DNA of 64,000 bases, taken from IMG/VR virus record IMGVR_UViG_3300042554_001750; one strand, 5' to 3'. Below are positions 56,596 to 64,000 of this stretch, one piece after another. The position numbers were made by a program, and so were the translations under genes. Below the pieces are notes generated by a model. It did not search any database. It saw only the letters and a program-made list of their open reading frames with translations, and was not told the origin of the DNA. Origin of the DNA: a virus (Duplodnaviria; Caudoviricetes). Each line of letters starts with the position of its first letter. Within the stretch, counting starts at the first letter, position 1.

Positions 56596-58158
56596 ATGGC
56601 AGCAGATCCATTTAACAGTTTAACAGGCTATACCGTAGGTATCCCGCCAGTACCAGTTGTTAGTAATACCGGTGTTGTAGTTGGAAATGTTAATACCAAT
56701 TATGTTATTTCTAATAGTGTTTTTACAGATAACCTACGCTACAGTAATGGACAACGATATGTACCGGGATCCAATAGTCAAATAGTTTTTAATAATGCTA
56801 ACACCTTTGGTGCTAGCCCCAACCTTTCTTTCAACAGCTATACTAATTTTTTAGAAGTTACTAATCTTGCAGTTCCTGGAACTACTAACTTAGGTGATGT
56901 TTCTCAAGTTTCTATTTTAGGTGGAGACAACGGATATTTCTTGCAAACTGATGGACTAGGTACATTAAGTTGGGTCGCTGGTACAGGTGGTGGTAGCAAT
57001 GGTACACCGGGCGGCGCAAACACTCAAGTTCAATATAATGACTCTGGTACTTTTGGTGGAAGTGCAGGATTTACCTTCAATGAACTAACAAATACTTTAA
57101 CCGTTGGTAATACTGTATCTAATTTTATTGGTAATCTTAATGGAACTGCATCTTTTGCCAATACTGCAGGAACTGTAACTAATAGTAGTCAACCAAATAT
57201 TACAAGTGTTGGTGTATTAACAGGATTGGGTGTAAGTGGACAAATAGAAGCATTGGTATTCCAAGGTAATGCTGCTAACTTATTCAACATTCCAGCAGCT
57301 AATGTTGTCGGAGTCATACCATTAGCAGGTCAAGTATCTGAGAATAATCAACCAAATATTACAAGTGTTGGTACATTAACATCATTGGATGTTTCAGGTA
57401 ATATAAACGGTGCAAATATATTTGGTTCTAATAGAATAACAGCAGGTAATTTATTTGTCACAGGCAATACAAGCTTAGGTGGTAATCTTTCTATGAACAC
57501 CGGTAGATTTATTTCTAACGGCAATGTTAATTTCAATGGTCCTGAAGTTGAAATCGGTGAAGTCAGTAATTTAAAGATATTTGGTGGATTTGCCGGACAA
57601 GTGTTAACTACTGATGGAACAGGTAATTTAAGTTTCGTTGATCCAGGTGGCAGTGGTGCAAATCCAGGAGGAGGAAATACTGCTGTTCAGTTTAATCAAA
57701 GTGGGGCATTTGGTGGCTCATCATTCTTTGTATTCAACAACGTTACAAACACTGTAACTATAAGTGGCAATCTTGTAGCAAACACCATTCAAATGGGTTC
57801 TGGAGCCTACAAATGGTCTACTAGCCAAGTTTATTTTGCACAAACAGTTAGCATGTCACCTGGTCAAGTTTTATATTCTATTCCTGTTGCAGAAGTATCA
57901 GGTGTAGAATTTGAAATCATTGCAACCGATGCCGTAGATGGATCTAGACAGTTTTGTAAAATTAGTTCAATATACTACAACGGTATAGTTCAATTCAACG
58001 AATACGCCAGTTTGTTTGTTAACGGCGGAGTTGGTAATTTTGAGGTTGATTTCAATCCTGGTAACGTAGTTGTACCGCCGTCGTTACAACTATTAGTTAC
58101 CCCTAGTACTGCATCATCAGTAATGTATAAAATGCTTATCACAGCATATGCACCATAA
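56596..58158 (+). CDS. Asn/Gly-rich fibre-like virion protein 1 (520 aa)
   Basis: GGxNTQVQ(Y/F)N..G.FGGS linkers; QPNITSVG twice (25-bp exact repeat near 57189 and 57348); C-terminal domain shared with protein 2. Confidence 0.72.
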   Translation: MAADPFNSLTGYTVGIPPVPVVSNTGVVVGNVNTNYVISNSVFTDNLRYSNGQRYVPGSNSQIVFNNANTFGASPNLSFNSYTNFLEVTNLAVPGTTNLGDVSQVSILGGDNGYFLQTDGLGTLSWVAGTGGGSNGTPGGANTQVQYNDSGTFGGSAGFTFNELTNTLTVGNTVSNFIGNLNGTASFANTAGTVTNSSQPNITSVGVLTGLGVSGQIEALVFQGNAANLFNIPAANVVGVIPLAGQVSENNQPNITSVGTLTSLDVSGNINGANIFGSNRITAGNLFVTGNTSLGGNLSMNTGRFISNGNVNFNGPEVEIGEVSNLKIFGGFAGQVLTTDGTGNLSFVDPGGSGANPGGGNTAVQFNQSGAFGGSSFFVFNNVTNTVTISGNLVANTIQMGSGAYKWSTSQVYFAQTVSMSPGQVLYSIPVAEVSGVEFEIIATDAVDGSRQFCKISSIYYNGIVQFNEYASLFVNGGVGNFEVDFNPGNVVVPPSLQLLVTPSTASSVMYKMLITAYAP

Positions 58159-58190
58159 TGAAGTCATAAATATAAGTATAGGATAATAAT

Positions 58191-61100
58191 ATGGCACTAA
58201 GAGCACTTAATTCGGTAGCAGGTTTCTCAGTAGGTGAAACACCCGCAAACGTTATTTTAGGTAACGCTGATATACTTGCTAACAATCTTTCCGTTAACGG
58301 TATCTCAAATCTTAACACGCTTTCTAATGTTAAGATTTCGGGAGGTACAGCAGGTCAATTTATTCAGACTGACGGTACAGGTAATCTTGTTTTCGCAGGT
58401 GCTCCTACACAAGCAGCATTAGCAAATGGTAATAGTAGTGTAAACATACCGACAGCTAATGGCAATATTATATTCACTGTTGGCGGAGTCCCAAACGTTG
58501 GAGTTATAACAACTACTGGATTAGTAGTTACAGGAAATATTACTCCAAGTGCCAACATAACATATAATTTAGGTAACAATACAAATAGATTTAAAGATTT
58601 ATATTTGTCTGGTACAACTATTGTAGTTGGAAACTCTACAATTCAGTCTAGTGCTACAGAAATCGTATTAACTAACCCATTAGGTGGTCAGTTTATTGTT
58701 ACTGGTACTGGTACCTCAACAAGTAATACTATTTCAGACGGTACTAGTAATATTAAAATTGGTGCAAGTAGTAATGTTACAATCAGTGTTGCAGGTAATG
58801 CCAATGTATTAACCGTAACAAGCTCTGGAATAAATGTAGCTGGATATATTAATGCTACAGGAAATATGAGTTTGGGTAATGCTAACTTAGGTAACTTAGC
58901 AACTGCTAACTTTGTAAATGCTTCAAGTAACATTAATGTTACAAATACATTGCAGGCTGGTAATGTACGCACAGATAACCTACTATATGCTAACGGTCAG
59001 CCTTGGGACTTGCAAGAAGCAGCAGGTTCCAATTATGAAATTCAATATAACATTAATGATAACTTTGCTGCTAGTGCAAACTTTACATATAATGACTCAA
59101 CACAACAATTTACCGTTCTAGGCAATGGTCAATTTAATAATGCTAACTTAGGTAACTTAGCAACTGCTAATTTTATCAATGTATCTAGTAACATCACTAC
59201 TGGTAATTTAACTGTTAACAATTCATTGACAATTGGTTCTGCAAACTTTAGTGGTAACCTAGTTGTACCTAACATAACAATTAATTCAGAATTATCAGGT
59301 AACACAGCTAATTTTAGTGGCAATGTTGTTGTTCCTAATTTGACGGTAAACTTAGAATTACAAGCAAATACTGCTAATTTTGATGGCAATGTTATAATGG
59401 ATAAATGGCTAACGGTTGCAAACACTGCAAACGTTGGCAATTTAAGAACAAATAACTTGTTGTATGCAAACGGTCAGCCTTGGGACTTACAAGAGGCTGC
59501 AGGCGCAAACACACAAATTCAATATAACGATAACAATAATTTTGGTGCTAGTGCAAACTTTACATTTAACAGTGCCACAAACAATCTCGCATTAAACGGA
59601 AACATCTTATTAGGACAGAGCGGTCAGAACCAATTAGTACCATTGAGTAATACCGCACTTGAAATTCGCGGTGGTTGGAATGATGCTTCAAGCTCATATG
59701 TTGCTTTGGCAGCCGGCGATTATGCTAATAGCACTGATTGGGGTAAAATTGCTGTTCTTGGTAATGTATCAGGTAATGCAGTTGCACAACTAGAAGCAAA
59801 CATAATTAACTTCCAACCAGGTGGTGGTGGCACTAATATCGTTAGAATTGCTACTCTTGCGCCCGATGCTACTAGCACAACTACTGGTGCAATAAGAGTT
59901 GCAGGTGGTATTGGCGTAACCGGTAATGGTTATTTTGGTGGAAATGTTGTTGTTACTGGTGATATTGCCAACGCTAATAATATTTCTGTAACTAATAATC
60001 TAAATGCTGTTGTTGGTAACTTCAGTGGTAATATTAATTCTTTAAATGCTAATTTAGGTAATTTAGCAGAGGCTAATTTTGTTAATGTTGCAAGTAATGC
60101 AGTAACAAATAACTTAACTGTAAATCTACAATTATCAGGTAATACAGCTAACTTTACAGGTAATGTTGCTGCATTAAATGTTAATGCAGGTAATTTGTTA
60201 AGAGCAAACTTTGCTAATGTTGCAAGTAATACAATAACAAATAACTTAACAGTTAACCTACAGTTATCGGGTAACACAGCTAACTTTAGTGGTAATGTTT
60301 CTGCCGGAAACGCTAGCATAGGTAATTTAATAACTGCTAATTTTGCTAATATCGGAACAAATGCTTCTGTAATTGGCACAATGGAAGCAGGATTTGTCAG
60401 AACTGACAATCTATTGTATGCTAACGGTCTACCTTGGGACTTGCAAGAAGCAGCAGGCTCCAACTATGAAATTCAATATAATATTGGTGATAACTTTGCA
60501 GCCAGCGCAAACTTTACATACAATGATACAACACAAGTATTAACTGTAACCGGCAATGCAAACATCACAGGTAATTTAAATACACCTACAATTAATTCAG
60601 GTTCTGGTCAGTTAAACTTAACAAGTAACGGTTATAGCATACAATTATATGCTAATGGTCAAACTCAGTTCCCTGGCACAGTATCTGCGAATTCATTCCA
60701 AGGTAATATTTCTGGAAACATTACAATACCTGGAGTTGCAAATGGTGTTGTTATTAACGATGGTGGTTTAGCAAATTCATTTAGTGGATTTACATTTAAT
60801 AGTACTTCAAACTTAGTTAGTATTTCAGGAAATTTAACTGCTGCAAATGCTAACTTAGGTAATTTAGTAATTGCTAATTTTATAACAACCGGCGAAATAT
60901 ATAATGGCAATAGCAATATAATTATTGCCGCCAACAGCGCAGTAAGAATAAGCTCTAATGGTTTAGCAAATGTTGTAACCATCAATGAGCAGGGTGCTAA
61001 TATTATTGGCAATATTTCAGCTAACGGCAATGCAATATTTGGTGCAGTACAAAGTAATACAGTTACTGCTCAAGGTGGAAATCTAACATTATATGCTGCA

Positions 61101-62669
61101 GCCGGCAATAACTATGTTGAACTTAGACCAACTGGTAACGGCCATGTAGATGTTGGTAACTTTAGAATTGAAAACTTGGGTCCACCAGTTGCATCTACTG
61201 ATGCTGCAACAAAAGGATATGTAGATGCAGCCGTTGAAGGATTGCATATTCATGCACCTTCAAAAGCAGCAACGCCAGATACACTAGCTAATATCACAGG
61301 CGGTACAATTACATACAACAACGGTACTAGTGGTGTTGGTGCAAACCTTGTAACAACGGGTAGCTTCAATTTAATTGATGGTGTAAACGTTCAAACATCA
61401 GGTACACGAATTCTTGTTAAGAACGAAGCGAATACCGCACATAACGGTATCTATACTTGGGCAAATAGCACAACAATTGTTCGTGCAACTGACTTTGATA
61501 CCCCCACAGAAATGGGTGGAGGTGACTTTACATTCGTTCAACTAGGTACATTATACAATGATACTGGTTGGGTAATGACTGACCCGGTTACAACTGTTGG
61601 TACAAGTCCGATTGTTTGGGTTCAGTTCTCTGGTGCAGGTACATATACAGCAGGTCCAGGTTTAACATTAAACGGTACTCAATTTAGTGTTAATGTTGAT
61701 AATATCACAACTGAAATTGCAGGTGGTAATGTTGTAGTTAAGTCGGGTATACCTCTAAGCAACCCAAATATTGGTACAGCAACAGGTACAAGTTTAGACC
61801 TGACAGGCAATTTAATAGCCGGCAATGTTAACAGCAATGCTACAATTACGGCTCAAAATGTTGATGTAACTGGAAATGTATTAGCAAATAACATTTCAGC
61901 TAACAGTAACATTACATCAAACAATGCAACTGTTAACTTATCATTAAGTGGTAATACTGCAAACTTCACTGGTAACGTTGTAGTCAACGGTCTATCTGTC
62001 AACACAAATATCAGTGGCAACACCGCTAATTTCAGTGGTAATATTTCTGCTCTAAATGCCAATTTAGGTAACTTAGTAACAGCTAATTTCTTTACAGGTA
62101 CCTTAGTAAATGGCACAAGCAATGTTGCAATACCAACTGCAAATGGTAATGTTAATATTACAGCAGGTGCAAATACAACAGTTGTAGTAAGTCCTACTAG
62201 TGCTAATATTACTGGTAATGCAAATATAAGTGGCTTTGTTGAAGCTAATGGTAACATTACTGGTGGAAACTTAATTACTAGTGGTAATTTAAATGTAACC
62301 GGTGTTGCTAATATTGGTACATATGCAATCTTAGGTAATAGTACAGTAACAACTGTTCTATCTTATGAAAGTGTTACAACAAGTTCTATCACAGCCAATC
62401 AAACAATTGCAAGTTTTAGTGTTACGGGCGTAACTGGAGTTGAGTTCTTAGTTAAGGGTATAGATTCAGCAGGTAGCAAATATAGCGTTGCAACAGTTCA
62501 GGCAGTTACTGACGGAACAAGTGTAGACTATGCAACCTTTGGCACAGTTAACTTAGGAGGTTATACAGGAAGTTTAGCAGTCAACATTGTTTCGGGATAT
62601 ATAAGATTGCAGGTAACTCCTGCAAGCAGTAATTCAACTGTTTGGACAACGCAATATAGGCTAATCTAA
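58191..62669 (+). CDS. Asn-rich long fibre-like virion protein 2 (1492 aa)
   Basis: ANLGNL..ANF and SGNTANFSGNV beta-helix repeats; three LYANGQPWDLQEAAG modules; DAATKGYVD and RILVKNE...NGIY tail-fibre motifs. Confidence 0.78.
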   Translation: MALRALNSVAGFSVGETPANVILGNADILANNLSVNGISNLNTLSNVKISGGTAGQFIQTDGTGNLVFAGAPTQAALANGNSSVNIPTANGNIIFTVGGVPNVGVITTTGLVVTGNITPSANITYNLGNNTNRFKDLYLSGTTIVVGNSTIQSSATEIVLTNPLGGQFIVTGTGTSTSNTISDGTSNIKIGASSNVTISVAGNANVLTVTSSGINVAGYINATGNMSLGNANLGNLATANFVNASSNINVTNTLQAGNVRTDNLLYANGQPWDLQEAAGSNYEIQYNINDNFAASANFTYNDSTQQFTVLGNGQFNNANLGNLATANFINVSSNITTGNLTVNNSLTIGSANFSGNLVVPNITINSELSGNTANFSGNVVVPNLTVNLELQANTANFDGNVIMDKWLTVANTANVGNLRTNNLLYANGQPWDLQEAAGANTQIQYNDNNNFGASANFTFNSATNNLALNGNILLGQSGQNQLVPLSNTALEIRGGWNDASSSYVALAAGDYANSTDWGKIAVLGNVSGNAVAQLEANIINFQPGGGGTNIVRIATLAPDATSTTTGAIRVAGGIGVTGNGYFGGNVVVTGDIANANNISVTNNLNAVVGNFSGNINSLNANLGNLAEANFVNVASNAVTNNLTVNLQLSGNTANFTGNVAALNVNAGNLLRANFANVASNTITNNLTVNLQLSGNTANFSGNVSAGNASIGNLITANFANIGTNASVIGTMEAGFVRTDNLLYANGLPWDLQEAAGSNYEIQYNIGDNFAASANFTYNDTTQVLTVTGNANITGNLNTPTINSGSGQLNLTSNGYSIQLYANGQTQFPGTVSANSFQGNISGNITIPGVANGVVINDGGLANSFSGFTFNSTSNLVSISGNLTAANANLGNLVIANFITTGEIYNGNSNIIIAANSAVRISSNGLANVVTINEQGANIIGNISANGNAIFGAVQSNTVTAQGGNLTLYAAAGNNYVELRPTGNGHVDVGNFRIENLGPPVASTDAATKGYVDAAVEGLHIHAPSKAATPDTLANITGGTITYNNGTSGVGANLVTTGSFNLIDGVNVQTSGTRILVKNEANTAHNGIYTWANSTTIVRATDFDTPTEMGGGDFTFVQLGTLYNDTGWVMTDPVTTVGTSPIVWVQFSGAGTYTAGPGLTLNGTQFSVNVDNITTEIAGGNVVVKSGIPLSNPNIGTATGTSLDLTGNLIAGNVNSNATITAQNVDVTGNVLANNISANSNITSNNATVNLSLSGNTANFTGNVVVNGLSVNTNISGNTANFSGNISALNANLGNLVTANFFTGTLVNGTSNVAIPTANGNVNITAGANTTVVVSPTSANITGNANISGFVEANGNITGGNLITSGNLNVTGVANIGTYAILGNSTVTTVLSYESVTTSSITANQTIASFSVTGVTGVEFLVKGIDSAGSKYSVATVQAVTDGTSVDYATFGTVNLGGYTGSLAVNIVSGYIRLQVTPASSNSTVWTTQYRLI
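58962..60528 (+). repeat. Three ~135-bp intragenic repeats (..TDNLLYANGQPWDLQEAAGSNYEIQYN..NFAASANFTYND)
   Basis: Copies at about 58962-59096, 59439-59573 and 60393-60528, clearly similar at DNA level. Confidence 0.85.
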
Positions 62670-64000
62670 TGAGTTTAAAGTCGCTGAATTCCATTGGGGG
62701 ATTTTCCGTCGGCAACAACCAAAGTGTGGTTCTTGCTAATGGCGATATTGACACTGGTAATATTGTATTATCGGGCAATTTAGCTGCGGGAAATGCTAAT
62801 CTTGGAAATGCAGCCGTCGCTAACTATTTTTTGGGTGATGGTGGACTATTAAGCAATCTTCCTAGTGGAAATAGTCTCTCAAACGGTAATAGTAGCGTTG
62901 GTGTAATTGCTAACGGAAACATAACAATGACCGTTGCTGGTAACAGCAATGTAATGGTTATTAGTGGCACAGGTGTTAATGTTTCAGGTACTGGTAATTT
63001 TAGTGGTAATGTAAACGCTGGTAATTTTATAGGCATATTTGCTAATGGTAATAGCAATGTAAGAATTCCAAGCGCAAACGGAAACATTAATTTAAGTGCT
63101 GGTGGAAATGCTAATGTATTAATTATCAACAGTAATAATGTAGTTGCTAACAGACATTTCAAATCAGTAGACACAATTTTAGAAATTGGCGGATTTGCAA
63201 ACAACGCTCCTTATACTTCAGACGACGGCAAAGATCGCGGTATAACACTTAATTACTATGATACCTTTAGTGCGCAAGCGTTCATGGGTTGGAAAAACTC
63301 AAATAGTGAATTTGTCTTTGCAAGTGAAGTTACTACAGCTAACGAACAGGTCAGTATATTTCAATTAGGAAATATTCGTGCTAGTTACTTTTTAGGAAAT
63401 GTATTAGGTAATATTGAAGGCAATATTATTGCTCCTGGTTCAAATACTGAAGTTTTGTTCAATGACAACGACCAAGTAGCAGCGTCTAATGGATTTACAT
63501 TTAATAAAACTACTAATGCACTTACAGTAACCGGAGCTTTTGAGTCTGCTAGTGTAAACACCTTAGGTAACATTGGTGGTGGTAATTTTTACACACCCGG
63601 CAATATTGTAGTTTTAGGATTAGCGAATGTCGGTGAGCTTTTTACTTCTGGTAATGTTAATGCTGTAGGAAATGTCTCTGGTGTAAATTTCCAAGCAGGT
63701 GGAAACATTAGTGCTACAGGTAACATCTCAGGTGGCAATTTAAGCACATCTGGACGAGCAAACGTTACAGGCACAGTAAGCGCGGGTAATGTTAGCACAG
63801 CAGGGAATCTAAGTGTAGTAGGAAATGTTACTATTACAGGTAATAGTAGTTTTCAAAACGCAGCAATTTTCAGTCAAAGAATTACTGTAGGAGATCCAAA
63901 CGGTCAACCCAAAATTGAACTGTTCAGTAACGGATATGGTCTTTTTGGAAATGTAGCCTTAAGCACATTCGGTGACCCCAATGGCGCAACTATCAGTGGT
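62669..64000 (+). CDS. Asn-rich fibre-like virion protein 3, truncated by the right edge (>444 aa); absent from the ORF track
   Basis: ATG overlaps the upstream stop (TAATG); MSLKSLNSIGGFSVG... open to 64000; NYFLGDGGLLSNL and GN-h-(S/T) repeats. Confidence 0.85.
   Translation, partial: MSLKSLNSIGGFSVGNNQSVVLANGDIDTGNIVLSGNLAAGNANLGNAAVANYFLGDGGLLSNLPSGNSLSNGNSSVGVIANGNITMTVAGNSNVMVISGTGVNVSGTGNFSGNVNAGNFIGIFANGNSNVRIPSANGNINLSAGGNANVLIINSNNVVANRHFKSVDTILEIGGFANNAPYTSDDGKDRGITLNYYDTFSAQAFMGWKNSNSEFVFASEVTTANEQVSIFQLGNIRASYFLGNVLGNIEGNIIAPGSNTEVLFNDNDQVAASNGFTFNKTTNALTVTGAFESASVNTLGNIGGGNFYTPGNIVVLGLANVGELFTSGNVNAVGNVSGVNFQAGGNISATGNISGGNLSTSGRANVTGTVSAGNVSTAGNLSVVGNVTITGNSSFQNAAIFSQRITVGDPNGQPKIELFSNGYGLFGNVALSTFGDPNGATISG

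Noticed and set aside
58962-60528. Diversity-generating retroelement TR/VR pair or CRISPR-like array
   Set aside because: The repeats are in-frame coding modules that differ mostly at synonymous sites rather than adenine-specific ones. There is no reverse transcriptase, cas gene or repeat-spacer periodicity in the window.
1901-63798. The many 60-180-aa antisense or out-of-frame ORFs in the track (e.g. 31522-32076, 59930-60463, 61853-62257)
   Set aside because: They are shadows of long genes with biased codons and repeats, with no promoter, SD or recognisable motif.
1-64000. Alternative genetic code (stop-codon reassignment), common in some jumbo phages
   Set aside because: Genes up to 19.5 kb are open in the standard code, and TAA, TAG and TGA all end genes at sensible, often coupled, boundaries.

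Overview
A 64-kb, AT-rich, gene-dense segment of a T4-related jumbo myophage. The capsid and baseplate sequences remind me of the RaK2/Atu_ph07-like and freshwater 'huge phage' groups; that placement is from memory and has not been searched. Standard genetic code. Layout: 1-38424 (minus) holds a coupled glycosyltransferase/radical-SAM module, fibre proteins, a 6498-aa baseplate/receptor-binding protein and the baseplate genes (gp6, gp25, gp5, hub, gp53, tube initiator). 38550-42873 (plus) holds the gp55-like late sigma factor, gp47/gp46 (SbcD/SbcC) and a Holliday-junction resolvase. 42874-43357 is a GC-enriched, highly structured non-coding island. 43358-44406 (minus) is a gp26/gp51-like chaperone pair. 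44464-54262 (plus) holds the tape measure-muramidase, portal, core, protease, scaffold and major capsid genes. These are followed by an HNH/NUMOD3 homing-endonuclease cassette, a fatty-acid desaturase, a degenerate HNH and three paralogous Asn-rich fibre genes. Best leads: (1) a -1 programmed-frameshift signal (U_UUU_UUC, 6-nt spacer, 12-bp stem-loop) that would fuse gp26-like to gp51-like, lambda G/GT style; (2) a ~350-nt multi-helix putative ncRNA with an adjacent origin-like hairpin/direct-repeat element; (3) a late-promoter-driven glycosylation module that may decorate the sequon-rich fibres; (4) systematic leaderless late transcription; (5) a recoded 3' end of the capsid gene next to the homing endonuclease. 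No tRNA, rRNA or CRISPR array was seen.
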